The notes: a model not told the origin generated them from the letters alone. Shown: positions 27,635 through 42,911, numbered from the whole stretch's first letter. The stretch: DNA of 60,008 nucleotides, filler included, from Sluysia triapertura (GCA_046118255.1; 4 parts of 4 records of this genome joined end to end with filler, not necessarily neighbours in it), one strand, 5' to 3'. Translations and numbers: made by a program.

Positions 27635-29373
27635 ATAAGTTTTTTGAGATACTAGATTATACTACAAGCTACAGAGGCGCCAACTATTAGTTGTAAGACA
27701 CTTACTGTAGCTGGACCCTTAATTTTATTTTGCCGTAGGTTTAATTCATAAGAAAACCACAGCACATATAAATCTTGTCAAAATTATGCAAAAATTTAGT
27801 TTAAGTGACGTGTATACTATGTATAAAAAGTTATTTAATTTTTTAAAAATATGTTAATTAGTTGGTAACTTGAAGAAAGTATATAGTGCTTACTGTTTGG
27901 AATTAAGTATTTAAATATTGTCATAAATTTAAATTATAATAATATAAATTTAAATATTATTAGTTTTATATTACAATAATAAGTTAAACGTTAAAAATTC
28001 TAAAAATAAAAATTATCCAATTATATTTATAATTCATAAAAATTTTTAAACAATCATTTATTGAAAATTTGTTTCATTTATTTAAAATGAATCATTAGCT
28101 ACATTTAATCAAGTTAAACTTAAATTTAGCTGTCTAACTACAAAACATTTTCTTATTTAAAATAAATAATAAAATTGACTTTGTATTTTAATGTTAATAA
28201 ATTAAAAAAGAAAACAAATATAGTCATGACAACATATTATAACATATAAATTTTAAAATAGATGAAAGAAAATAAAATTACACTATTCATATTAATTTTG
28301 AGCTTAAATATTGTCTGATTAAATTTCAAGTACTTTCGTATTCATTCAAAAGTACAATTCTAAGTTCTACTAGGTAAACTTCTAAGATTAAGGATTATGT
28401 TGAATTAGAGTGACGTACAGTTGAAATTGCCTACCAGGTGTGGATATAAAATAAAATTAATATTAAAATTAACAATAAGAACAATTTAAAAAATAACGGG
28501 AAAACAGCAAAGACAATAATAAAATTAATAAAAAATTATAAAATTTCTAAAAATTATATTAATTAATAATAAAAATAATAAAAATTCAAAAGTAATAATA
28601 ATACTAATAATAACAGTAGAAGTAACAATGATAATAATGATAGTAAAGATTATTAATGAACAAATTGCGCATTGTAGAAAAGCTGGTAATAAGACATTAT
28701 CATCACAACCCTTAAAATTATAAATTTTCGGAAAAAGAAAAAGTCGTTTCTCCAATTAATTGATTGTAATTGAATCACAAGACACAATTTTTATACAATT
28801 TTTTGACATGAATTTTTCAACAACAATTCTAGCAGCCATATTGATAGAGTTTTCATAGAAAAAAATTAGCAAGAATTAACATTCTAAGTTCGTTTTAACT
28901 CATGAGTAAAACATGAAAATAAATGTAAAAAAATTTTTAATAAAATATTCTCCACCGCGATTTAATGAGAGCAAAAATTATAATTAAAATCTGAAATTAA
29001 GAAATTAAATACCTGAAAAGGTTTAATGTTAAAATCATTTATTATTTTCTGAACTTAATGCTAGCATCTTTTAATTCTTTGTATAAATTTTATTTTGTTT
29101 ATTTTATTTAGTATATTTTCACAAGAAGTTGAAGTCTTGTTTTCTGAATTAATTGAAATAAATTAATTACGAATTAATCAACTCAACATGACATCATTCA
29201 ATAACACAAATATACACACTTTACAACATGTATCCCGAATTAGTTCTAAAAATTTAAGATTATTAAATTGTTAAAGCATTTACATAAAGATAAGATTAGA
29301 CCATCAAATTAAGAAAAATCATTTGATAGTTAAATTACACATATAAAATTGTTCGCTTTACGCCCACTAAAAT

Positions 29374-29411
29374 GCAACCGAACCCTGATAAAAATTATTT
29401 TGTCGTAGGTT
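29374..29411 (+). repeat. Short dispersed repeat, three copies (27709-27743, 29374-29411, 50345-50383)
   Basis: Approximate consensus CAACTGGACCCTGATAAAAATTTATTTTGTCGTAGGTT. Confidence 0.6.
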
Positions 29412-32400
29412 AATAATAAGAATATTATATTATATTTTTATATTATATTATATATTTTTAAATAGTTCTTTATAAAAGGTTGTAAAAATCTTGAAATAAA
29501 ATTTAAGGAAAATAATTAATAAAATTAACATTTGTTAATCAAAGTACTTGTAAAATAATGTTCGATTAAAGCAGTATTTTTGAAAAATGTTTATACTGAA
29601 TGAAAGACGCTTTATAATCCTTCATTTTTAGAAATATTCGAGTCCTGCGTTGCGAATTAACGGATAAAATGCCAGATATTATTATCTTAATTATAGAATT
29701 ACTGATTAATTATAAAATTAATCAGACAAACTAGAAACATATAAAATAAAAGTTTGCTGAGGCGCAATTCTGAATCTCATGTCTATTTAATCAAGAAATG
29801 TTAAAACTTATTAAAGGTAAATAAAATCATATAAAAAGTTAATTTGATGGATGCATGAGGAAATATAATGCTAATGTAATTTTAAAGTGAGAAGTTTTTG
29901 TTGAAGATGGAAAAGAATATTTAATGTAAAAGTAATAAATCATGCTTATCATTATTAAAAAATTGGGAAGTAGTCAGACTTGATTACGTTGGTTTTCAGA
30001 TGAAATCAAAGAGATTATCGATATCGTATTAATGGAACAAGTATGATTCGGAAACTGCTTAATAAATGAGCTGATTTCCTTTATAATCTAATGCAACTGA
30101 AAGTTTTTTTCATTAAAGGATTGTGGTTAATTACATTTCTGTTTAAACTTGATGCCACTTTTTTAATTTGTGGGACATTGCAGTTTCGGTTGTCTTTTTG
30201 TATGTATATTTGTATTAACTGATAAATGACTATTTGATTCATAAAAATATATATAAATTTGTGATTTTAATAATTTAATTTGTGATGTTTGATAATATAA
30301 TTGCGGTTAAATCTTATTTTGATTTTGTCTTAATTTTGAGATATTTTTTGGCCGACGGTTGCTTTAAGCGCCGAATCCAGATAGAATTAATTAAATTTAT
30401 TTTAAATTAAATACTGTAATGTCTAGATCAGGCAAGGTTTATAACAAAAAATATCTGCATCCGAAGATCCCAAGTACACATTTTTAAAGACTGTTTTGTT
30501 ATTTTTCGGTTTTTACAGCATGGTTTAAGTTTAGAAAATTGTATGTTATTAAATTTCTTTAGGTAGATATGGCTTAGACATCTATAACGGGTTAATAGAA
30601 CACAAAGAAAGATATAACAATGCACTAGAAAGAACTCATGAATATTTTTGATTGTACTTATCCATTTTATTAAAACTTAAATTGTCCATAAAACAAAAAT
30701 CAATTGGAGTCTTTAGGAGAGGTTTCCTATACATTACGCCTCTTATGTGTCGAGTGCAACTTTACTAATAGTAACAAAATGTTGTGAGACATTTGTATGT
30801 TTGTACAAGAGGGTGATAGCATTACAGATATTAACGGATGATTCTGAGACATTGCGTTTAAGAGAATTCTAAAAAGACTGGGGACTTTCTAAAAGATTAA
30901 GATACATCGAAAGACTCTCAGTAGTTTGAAAATAATAATTTAAATATTGTTGAAGTCAGTGGGCTCAAGGTTAATATGGTTATGCCATGTTTTAAATTTA
31001 ATTTTAATTTGACTAATAAGAAAAAGGATTTAACATGCCCAAATATAAAAATAATGATAGTAAGAGCAATAAAGTTGATGAAACTAGTAAACTTGATGTT
31101 GAATTTACTTCTTGTGTATTGTCTGAACATTTGGCCAATTATAAGATGTTCTTGATCCTTAAAATTACCTGTTTTAAATATAAAAAGTTCATCTAGTAAA
31201 TGTAAATGCAATAGGTACGTACTTAACTGATAGTAATGTTAATGATAAATCTTTAAAATACATTATCGATAATAATGCTGTCTAATATTTTCCCTGAAAT
31301 TAGTTGATAGCCTTCAAGTTTAAAATTAAATATCTAAATTATGATTGCAGTATAAATTTGTTGAGTTACGTAATTTTTAAAATTGAATTTAATGACAAAG
31401 CCATAGTCACCAAGTTTTATGGAAATTATATAAAGACCAATAAAATATAGTTTAGTGCAGGCACATGTTTGTTGTTAATTCTCATCAATTCAACTGTAAG
31501 TGCTATATTAAATCAGAATTGTCGGACCTGGAGAATAAAAACTTTATTAAGAATAAGGTATAACCAAAGTGGTGTTAAAGTTAAAGTACTAAAAGTAATT
31601 GATAAAACTGAAGAAATTGAATATTATGGATGATATAACACTTTGTATTGATTTCAAACTTGTGAACACTGTAATGAAGAAAGAAGCATTTTAAATGCTA
31701 CCCTTGCAATAAATGATTTCAAATTTGGATGATTCTTCTCAATGTGATTATTTTAATGATATAATTTCAAATTCTGTGAAAGGATCTAAAGCTTATTTCA
31801 AATTTTTAACCATCAACTCGCGTTCCACGTTTAATAATTTAAACTAATACCCAAATTGCTGTTTATGATGTTAGCAAAGTATACTTGCGGAATGAAACAT
31901 TTCAAGTAGTATGAAAAAAGATTATTTTAAAGAATGAAAAGCGGAAATCATGACACAATTGTAAACTTGTCAATATCATATTAATACTGAATTTTTTTAC
32001 TTAAATGTTTTTAGTAAAACAAATATTAGGTATTTATTTAAATTTGTTTGTACTAGACTCAATTGTTTCATTTTGTAAATGTTATTTTACTGACGATAAA
32101 AATAAAAAAATCAAACGAAATTTAATCTAAAGAATAAGTTCAGTTATTAATCAGTTATATCGATTAAGATTATTAGTCCGGAAATTTGGTATGAAAATAA
32201 AGGTGTTCTTCGCACAATAAACTAATAATGAAGATAACAAACATTTTAACAACTTTCTATTTTCTTGGTAGGTTAACAAATGTATGATTGATGATTTTTT
32301 GTTTAATTTATATTTGTTTTGTTATGTAATTTTTATTTTTTGAATAAACTTGTCAACTTAACTTTACACAAATTTGTTTGCTAGTCTTTTAACTTTTTAA

Positions 32401-34517
32401 AATTACAAAATTTAGCGTACTAACAAAAAACGAAAACCGAGTTTGTAAACAAAAGTATAATTCAAGTTATCAGAAACCTAGAGTTAAGTAAGCCAAACAC
32501 ATAAAATTTTAAATTGAAACGTTCCAATAAACCTACAATAAGGAAATTTAAGACAAATAACAAATAAGAATGCAAGATTCAGAACAGAACATCAATCAAA
32601 CGAGTTTATAAATACAATTACAAGAAAAGATTTCAATCATTTAAAGATAAAATAAACCGGAACATAAGGAATTTACATTTACTCAAAATCACAAATGAGA
32701 TTACAATCAAACAAATATATAAATATCCCTCAAAGTTTTACTATTTAGTATTTTTGCCGCATAGCTAATGTGTGGTAGTATATTGTGCAGTTATCTGCAA
32801 AGAATTGCCTGAGTGACAATTATCACATGACCAATAATTTTTTAAATTCCATTATATAATAATTTTTCATTGTTATTTTATGTTATATGGCCAAGTTTTA
32901 TAGTAAAAATTATATGATTTTAATATATGTTTTTGAGTTTCTTAATTAAGTTTTATTTTTAATTCGTTATTTTATAGAATTTAAAGACCTAAGACCTTGA
33001 AATATCGACCTAATGTACACTTTAAGTATATCGATGTATGAAACAAATTTCTATAAATTATAAATATTAAAGGATTACTGAAATTCTATTAGGAATAAAC
33101 CATTTCAAATGGTAGTTTTATACCTTTCATAATTAACATAAATTTTATGGTTTTTAACATAAGTTTTATGGCTTTTATAATATTGTATGAGCTGAACTTA
33201 TACAATTTAATATTTTTCATGTCAATATAATTTCAAAACGAAACGTTTAGATGAACTACTCAATTCTGAACATATAGTTCGTATTAAAGAACAAAAAGCC
33301 TAAATCGTCGAGGTATAAAATATATTTTGTGTTTTATGTATTTAATTATATTTATTCAAGTATCTACATTAATTATTTAATTCATTCCCGAATGAAATAT
33401 GCAATAATGTTTTCTTACAATAATTATAATAAAGTTTACTAGAAGAATAATGCTAAAAGTTTGTTATAATCTACTTTTAGACCTTAAAAGTACAAAATTT
33501 AGAATTTCAGAACTAATAGCGATAGTCATATGCAGTATTTCCGAGACTATTTTAAATCTTGTGCAAGTGATGTCAACGACATTGAAAGTATTGAGTATTA
33601 ATTATGCCCAATTTAACTTTTCTTCTTGAAAATTCTCCATACGTGTTTATTTTTACAATTCTAATCAATATTACATTTTCAACAGTCTTCTGAATATTTT
33701 AATCACAAAGCATCGCATTTAATTATTGTATCTTATCCAACTAACCACTCGAGTTCATCACTATGACAGAACTTTAGTCATATGTAAACATTGCAAATAG
33801 ATAACATCAACACAATATTTATTATCTAGAAATTATTGAAATTGAAAGTTTTGTATTTTAGTAATAGATTTTAGTTGATATAATCATTTATTTGAGATTC
33901 GCACTTTCATCTGTAACATCAAAGACGATTTAAGATTTGAATTACTGCCTTGAGCTATCAAATAAAGATAAAGATTGATGGATATATATTCTATGGTTTA
34001 ATATATTATAAAATAATTTAATTTTAAGATTAACCTTTTAATTTTTGCAATAATCTTCCATTTTTATTAGATGTGTATTTTATGAATGTCTCGTTCTTCA
34101 ATATATTATAATTTAAAATCATTTTCCGATTATTGTTAATGTAAATAAACAGTTTATTCAAATGAGAAAATATTTTATAAATTTAAATACTTTTATTCTT
34201 TTACTTAGATAAATCCTAAATTTGAAGAATTGCAAAACAATTTCATGCACAACATAATAATATTGAAACTATATAATTGTTACATTTAAAGTTATAAGAT
34301 AATAAATTAAAATTGAAAATTATAAAGAAATATAGCAACAAACCTGTTTGGTATATTAAATCGTCAAAAATACAAATTATCCAATTGTGATTAAGTTATC
34401 GGCACGAGATAGCAACATTAAATAGTAAAAGATTAAATGTAAAAAAATATTATTCATTTTGTGATTTTATTGATCGATAATTAAAATTATTATATTTTTA
34501 AAAGGTCTTGCCTTTAT

Positions 34518-36378
34518 TTATACATCTGTTTCAATGCTGCCTACGAATTGATACGATGTTCCTTTTATAATGGATGTATTTGTAAAATTATGGTGTTTTT
34601 TGAGTACTAAAGATGTACTATTATTTATGTTGTTATTGTTACTTTTACAAGCCATAGGTGTATAATTTGTTAGCGAAGAGCGATTAGGATTATGTTTAAC
34701 AGAATTACAATAATTAGTGGAAGACAATATACTGGTTTTCTTTGAAAACGGTGGACTTTGTTCCGGATTTAGGATGTGAGTTTGTGACTGAAGCGGTTCA
34801 TTGTCATAAGAACTGAGAGAACTTAGAGAATGTTTATAGTGATGTGACGGTAATGATGAATGATGTTGGTAGCGATGATGGATTTCTTGTTTATCGGGAT
34901 TTTCTTTACTAGACTGATTAAAACTCATATTGCTTATACTACTAAAGCATTGTCTAGTTTTCATAATTAAATCATTATTTGAATACTTTCTATCTGATAC
35001 ATCTTTTGAACTATTTGATGAAATTGAATCGGATCTACGTACATGAACGTACACTTGTTTGTCGTCAATTTCAGTTTCACGATGATAAAAATAATTGAAA
35101 TTTGACACAATAACTGGTACCGGTAAAGCAATAGTTAATACACCAGCAATAGCACATAAACTTCCGACTAATTTACCCCAAATGGTTACTGGATGCATGT
35201 CGCCATATCCAACGGTAGTCATAGTAACTACGGCCCACCAAAATGCATCTGGTATACTACGAAATGATGTTTGGTCATAACCAATTTCTGCAAAATATAC
35301 TGCACTGCTGAATAAAATTACGCAAATTAATAGAAAAAAGATCAGTAAACCCAATTCACGTGTGCTGGCTTTTAAAGTCTGACCCAGAATTTGTAAACCC
35401 GTCGAATGACGTGATAATTTAAAAATCCTAAATACTCTCACTAAGCGTATAACACGTAAAATTGCTAATGATGTTGTTTGATTACTTTTACGTGTATCAT
35501 CTACTAGAGCAGTACCTAAGGTAATAAAATACGGCATTATGGCAACTATATCAATTAAATTCATAATATTTTTAAAAAAATCCAATTTTCTAGGCGACGA
35601 AGCAAACCGGATTAATAATTCAAAAGTAAACCAAATAATACATATTGTTTCAATTAAGAAAAATGGTTCTGTAAACTTTGGAATATCGTCTTCTTCGATC
35701 TCTAATTGTGGTATGGCATCATGAGGATTGGTTCGATTGATAACACGATAATATTTAAAATTTGGTAATGTTTCTATACAAAATATCACAATTGATAATA
35801 TAATTACAAATACTGATAAAATGGCAACACACCTAGCTCCGGTAGAACTTTCCGGATATTCAAATAATAGCCAAACTTTGCGTTGAAATTCATTTTCTGG
35901 TAATACCTTGACATCCTCTTTAATGTAACCTTCATCTTCGCGATATTTATCAATGGCTTCTTCACCGAGTTCATAAAATTTAATCTCTTCCATAAATACA
36001 TCCATTGGTACGTTAACTGGTCGCCTTAAACGACCACCACTTTGATAATAATACAATATAGCGTCAAAGCTTGGTCTGTTACGATCAAAAAAATATTCGT
36101 TTCGTAAATCATCATAATAACGATTCCTTTTATCAACATCACCTAATAAAGTATTTGGGAAATTTGATAACGTCCTTGAATGTGTTTCAAATTTAAGTCC
36201 ACTGACATTAATAACTATTCGCGGATCTAAGTTATTCTGCCGAGTTTGAGAACTATTAACTTTATAATTTTTATGTTCACATTGATTATTTATATTTTCA
36301 TCTGAGTTATTGTTTTGTGTTATAATGGGATTATTTAAATCCGTAGTTGACATAGAAGATTCATCATCATCACCATTA

Positions 36379-36443
<65 letters not shown>

Positions 36444-36566
36444 TTCATTATTCTCATCTGATTTATTAGAATCCGCGAATAAATGATGATCATATTTATG
36501 ATTGTTTAAATAATTATCCGAAAAATTAGTAATAATACTAGAATCCATATTTCTGGTGAGCATCAT
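34518..36566 (-). CDS. Sh: Shaker/Kv1 voltage-gated potassium channel alpha subunit, single coding exon (682 aa from the first ATG)
   Basis: T1 domain ([13 protein letters not shown]...[30 protein letters not shown]), S1-S6, S4 [17 protein letters not shown], pore [10 protein letters not shown]6 PVP, and C-terminal PDZ ligand ETDV. The ORF track starts at TTG 36677; the first ATG is at 36566. Confidence 0.97.
36384..36443 (-). repeat. (AAT)20 coding repeat: poly-Asn tract in the Kv1 N-terminus
   Basis: In frame within the channel ORF. Confidence 0.95.
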
Positions 36567-37753
36567 TTTTGCTAAATTACAGTTTGTAATACAGTTAATT
36601 AAATGAAAAAGTATAAAAATATCATATGACTTTTTGGTGTTTTCAAAATTTGAACCTTTTTTGGCAAAATAAGGCAAAAAAGTGATGACGCAAAAGAAAC
36701 GAAATAAAAAATTAAAAGTAATAATAATTTAATACCAAATAAAGAACAGTACTAAAGCCACTTCTTAATCTGTACAATATTCCATATAATTCATTATTAT
36801 TATTATATAATATAATCGAATGAGAAAAGTCTACTATATATTTTCTCTACAATAATAATATTATTAAACAACTCTACTGTCGAGAGAAAGAGAGTTGATG
36901 TTAACAACGAATATATAACGAATATAAATTAGTTTACCAATCAGAAATTTGAATTTTCGTAGAGTTGTAATGAAGAAAATTTCCACAGATCATTGAATAT
37001 GAGAATTCTATTTATGTATATATATGTATGGATTTATTATAATATTGTTACTATTATTATATAAACTGGAAACTAAGCACTAGAATAAAAACACATGCTA
37101 ACTATATATTTATTTGTACNNNNNNNNNNNNNNNNNNNNNNNNNNNNNNNNNNNNNNNNNNNNNNNNNNNNNNNNNNNNNNNNNNNNNNNNNNNNNNNNN
37201 NNNNNNNNNNNNNNNNNNNTATAATATATAATATAATATAATATAATGTAATATAATATAATATAATATAATATAATATAATAACAATCGTCATCATTAT
37301 TAATGACATTTCATTAGTATAGTCACTTTACTTTGCTGCCTACTCAATGAAATGTGAATTGCTTCATTAGCTATCAATTCAGATTTCATTGGAACTTAAT
37401 TAAGAAAAATTAAATTTTATTTTTCATCATTTAGTATAGCAATTAGTACCATGTACCAATTTTAATGCATTATCAATCTTAAACTTGGTTAAAAGTAGAC
37501 TCAGTAACGTATTTACGATAGTGATTAACAAATAAAATTCTGATTTAAATAACCTCAGAAAATTCAAGTTTAACCCATTTGAAAGCAAAACAATATCAGT
37601 TTCACAAAAACCGATAAAATCGATTAACTATTTACAAAGTCTATTTTATTTCAATAAGTCATATTTTGAATTCTCTGCATAATGCGATTTGTTCAATTAT
37701 TATTTTATATTCAAAAACAATTGTCTTTTTATTATTATCTAACGTCACGTGGT

Positions 37754-40054
37754 TAGGGTTTCCAATACCGGAACAAAAATTCAATACCGGTATTCGGTAT
37801 TTCTAAAATTCAATACCAGAATACCGGTTTTAATATCGGTATTAGATATTATAAAAAAATCCAAGCCTTACTGGGTTTTGTTGTTTAATTTCCTGATTTT
37901 TAATGAAAAATAAAATTTTAAAAAACAATTTTTACATATTTTAAATAATAACAATAAAAAGAAAAATATTAAACTTAACAGATCTTTTTTTCTTTAATCA
38001 CAAAAAATTGTTGTACATTCGGGGCAATTATTGAATATTTTTAAAATGCGATCTTAGAAAACAAAACGCATCAACTGTATTGTCATTAAGCCTGGAGCGT
38101 AGTTTAGTGAAAAAATTACCAGCAGTCGAAAAAGTTCTTTCAGCTTCTACACTAGTTGGAGGAATGGTTAACAATGCACGATATACATTTTCTAAATATT
38201 TACCTCTAAATCCATCATGTAAAAACAAGTCTACTTCTTTCTGGTTGGTTGTCGATATATCTGATCTAGGAATTGTAGTTGGATTTGTATATATTTTGTT
38301 AATATCGCTAATTCTAATCTTTCCTTAAGCGTAAGTTTCTTTTCATCATCATCTTTGCTGTCATTCTAGTTCTCTATACCTTCATCGATTTCTTCTGAAT
38401 GATTACAAGTATCCGGACAAAATTTTTCAATGAAATTTACTAAAACATTGATTAAATCTGAGGTTTTAAATATTATTTTATATTTTTCATTGTTGTAATT
38501 ATTATAATTGTGCAGATAGAATAAAATATCTTCTATTTCAGTGCGCCTTTCTTCTATCCGATTCTTTCAAACAATATATAATTTATACGATCGTTGTGTA
38601 TGTTGTTCCCTTAGTGATTTTAACAAAATTAATTGTCGCATTTGCTGTCAATAGATTGGCATCTCTAAGGCATAATATCTTCACAGCTAGTTTCGCTGGA
38701 AGTAAAGCGGAAAGAGTCCTAGATATTAAGTCAAATTCACCTTTGTAAAAATCAATAGGCAAGTTGAATCAATATTTGTTTTTTTAATTGGATTTTTTAG
38801 TTTCAAAAACCGTTCCATAATTATAAGGAAACTATTCCAAAGTGTTTTAGAATCTAATGACGACATATACTCTTTTCTATTTTCTGTAAGTACATATTTA
38901 TGTAGCAGTGCATTTTTAGTGAGGGAACGTTTAAATATTTTGACGATTTTTCGAATTTTATCAATTACGCCTTGCAAATCTTGATTACGTGACAATTCTT
39001 CTCCATAGGAAATTTCTGGTTCAAAACTAACATGATCAAAATCGTATTCACTTTCTTCAAAGTCAGAATTCAAGAGTTCTATGTCCAGAATATTTACGTT
39101 ATTATTTTTCGTGTTTTTCGATATAATACATCTAACACCGCAAGTTGGATCCCGTGAGCATAACACAATTATTGATTTGCTCCAATCAACTTTCCAACCT
39201 TTTTTTTATCACCGTTGCTCTATTTGTAGTTATGGAAACAATGCATTCAAAGATAATCCATAGTGTGCTAGTTTGGACATACTTCTGACATACTTCCTGA
39301 AATTCCAAAATTTCGCTTCTGCATGAATATTTATATTTAATTACCGTTCGTTTCTAATATTTGTCCTTTCATCAAATGTAAGACTAAATTTCTGCCTTTT
39401 TTCTTTCAATTGTATTAGCTCATGTTTCAATAAATTACGAACACCGTTACTACAGTTTATAACCATTTCTACTATTGTGCTAATTGTATTGTGTTTTTGT
39501 ATCCTCTTGCATTTAATGATTTTCTTAATTCTTCACAGGTGCAAAACACCCGAAATGACATGCCAACCAAACTTGACATTTTATTTATGATTTCATCGAG
39601 GTTACCTTTTTTTCAAAGTAATGCAAAATGCCCGAGGAACAACAATTGGTTTTTTATCTTCTGCAGAATTAATTCTTTTAGCCTTCAACGTATCAGTACC
39701 ATGTTTGGCCTTTAAATGTGTATGGAGTTCGCTTGTATATCCTCCACCCACCTTAATTATTATTGAGCATTTTATACATTGTGCTTCCATATTCTTTTCA
39801 TCAAATAAGTAGTGCTTCCAAACAGAAGTAGCATCATTCGATTTTTTATGTTCTTTGAAGTTATTCTTATTCATTTAAGGGGGATAAATATTTTTATCTA
39901 TGTATGAAGAAAAAGGTGATTTTATGCAATTTAACTAAAATCTTCTTAAAATTTTCTTCTCCTACCGAAAATCCGGTATTTTGAAGCTGTGAATACCGGT
40001 ATTACGAAATCGAAAAAGGTCCGGTATTCCGGGATCCCGGTATTGGAAACCCTA
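37754..40054 (-). mobile_element. hAT-superfamily DNA transposon, ~2.3 kb, with a decayed transposase
   Basis: Perfect 18-bp TIRs TAGGGTTTCCAATACCGG (37754-37771) and CCGGTATTGGAAACCCTA (40037-40054), plus subterminal ATACCGG repeats. Minus-strand fragments encode a BED finger (VWKHY..C..C..LHTHLKAKH), FSLTFDE, CYAHGIQL and the dimerisation domain IPPTSVEAERTFS..RSRL, interrupted by stops and frameshifts. Confidence 0.93.
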
Positions 40055-42911
40055 ATAAAAGGTAACAACGGGTTAAAGGTGTTAGAAGAATTGATGAAAG
40101 AATATAGTTGAGGAAGGTAAAGAATTTCCATTTTAAATGCCATATTTTAAAATTGATATTGAAATGAAATTTTAAAGTTTTTCAACGATGTAAATGTTGA
40201 AAGATTGCGAACTTGAAATGTTTTGAATTAACTTTAAAATGTACCTTGGATAATTTATGATGCTGACCATGATTTTAATGTTGTGAAATTGTGAATTCAA
40301 AATGTTTTACAGAATATACAATTTTAATGAGTCAGAAAAAGTGAAGCCAGAATTGTTAAGAAAGGTGATATTTAGAAAGTGTTAAAGTGATTTAAATTTT
40401 GAATCAAAGGTTGCCACCACAACTTATACGTAAAGTAGGCATTGTAACTAATAATTAACAATCACTAATATTTTAATCTTATAAACTTTTATATTTTCTT
40501 ATGTATAACTTCCAGGATCTGATTTTAATCACCTTACCTTAGTAATTACTTTATAAATTTTTATGCTAAAAATTAACACAATAGATTAGTGTCCTGTAAT
40601 GAATTTTTAATAAAGAATATTATAAAACTAATATAACAAATGCTATAGAATTTATACAGAATATAAGAGAGTCAATAAAAATGAATTTTGTAATTAAAAC
40701 CTATATAATGTCTTTAATTGATTTATAATTGATTTATTAAATTTTACAAATGGTTTTACTCTCATTTAGTCAATGATCGCTATTCAATTAAAAAGATTTT
40801 AAGTGCCGTTTAAGATATTAACTTCTAAAGTTAATATCATCTTAATATAAAGAACTTACTAATTTAACATGGAGTTGCAAAAAACTCTAAGGACACCACT
40901 GCCAAATGAATAAGTAAAATTTTTAACTGTTTTCTATTTTTTCGTAAAAACTATGCCTAGATCCAGCAATTGTTGAAGTTGGTGATTGTACATCTTGTGA
41001 TTAATAAATACTGTGGCTTTGGGAAAATGATGATAATTGTTGGACAATTCTACTGATAACTCGTGTTTCTTAAGTCGTGTTATTAAATTGTGAAAAGAAA
41101 CTAGACTGATTATAATTATATACTAGTCATCAGCCAATGATAATTTACTGAATTTTCTCGAAAATTCTAGAAGTTTCAATTTCTTTTGCAGACATTAACT
41201 ATTTTAAATGATTTCTTTTATGAGATTTGATAATTTTAGATGTTTGCAATGACTATCAATTTCCTAAATTGATATTGTAATCTGTAGTTACATATTTAAT
41301 CTTTTTAAACTTGTACATTTTTATTTATTAGTCTAGATTTCAATAAATATCTTTAAAAATTGAATTAATTATTATTTAGATTTACATATTGCATATTCTT
41401 AAGCAATATTCTACTTTTACTATTGTGTGAACTTTGAAGCGTGCAATGTAGGATCACTGGATTTAAAGTGATGATAGTTTTTCTTATATTTGCCTTACGC
41501 GGTTATAAGATATTATGTATCTAATTCAGTTTATATTCTATTTATAAATTTTGCTTACATATCTTATATAAATAAATATTTATAGTCAAAATAAAATATC
41601 ACTTAAAAACATATGATTATATAATTTGTATATTTTAAAATTTTAAAATCTAGCGAGTGCCTTCGACAAACTTTAGCTGAATTGAAAATTATATGTTATT
41701 CTCTAATTTAATATCTAAGCAATTAGTACAAATGGAACATTGTTAAGTGTGTGCGGAAAACAAAAAGCAAGGCAATAATAAAGGAAATAATAAAATTATC
41801 TAGAATATCAATAATAAAAATAATGATAATAATAATGAGCAATATAATAATAATAAGAGTAATACTATAATAATAGAAGATAATTTAATTCTGCTTATAA
41901 TATTTTTAACTAACATCGTATTACATTAACTAAAATCGTAAATATTAATATTGATTCATGAAAAATTCAAGCAAAATAATTACGTATTTTCTATTTATGT
42001 TGCATATATAATTGTACAACGAAAATATGTAATTAGAATATAAATATGTATTACTTGTGAAAATAATTAAAGTAGTCTAATTTGTAATTATATTTATTAT
42101 TTATTAATACAATAATGACGAAAGTTAGGTAATTCTAAAGATGGGCAAAAATATTTAGAAAAATATTCATCATTTTTCGTAAATAAATGATAATAATAAT
42201 CATTTGAGTAATAAATTCTACTAAAGAATGACTTGAAATAATAAATTATAAGTTATTTAATCGTCAATAGGTAATTTTAAAATTTTCTTTTATAAATTTC
42301 CTTGAAAATCATTTAGAAATTATGTATATTTTAAAGAAACCTTTTAAGATGATTTAGATTAGTAAATAAAATTAAGTATAATTCGATATGAATTCGATTA
42401 GATTTATCGTTTTTCATGAAAATTATAATTAACTTTGCTAAAGAAGTATATTATAAATGTAATCAAATTATAGTAAATGTTTAAAATATTAAAAATTATT
42501 TATTTGGAAATGTAAATTATAATTTTAAATAAAAATTAAGAATTATATAAATTGATAAGACAGAATGGAAGGATGTTCATAATTCTGAAAATTACTTATC
42601 CAGTGTTGATGTAAGATTGAGTGTTCATAAATTACGTTATCTTGATAAGGTTTCGTACCATTTTATTGTATGAATTTATCAAAATAAAACTAACAGAAAA
42701 ACATTTCGAATTTAATAATATAAAGTGCAAATGAGCGATCTTTCTTTCACTGTGCAATATATTAATATAAGTCATTGTACAGCATGTTCTACGATATTCT
42801 TTTTCAATTCAAATATTAATAGGAGTGCATTCATTAATATTTATCTATCACCACAGTAAATAACCATGTAAATTAGTGTTTCTCGGTGGCCACACTGTAA
42901 ATTTTAAAAGA

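Noticed and set aside
31740-31850. CDYFND...FLTINSRS, resembling the start of a LINE AP-endonuclease
   Set aside because: Too short and decayed to support without a search.
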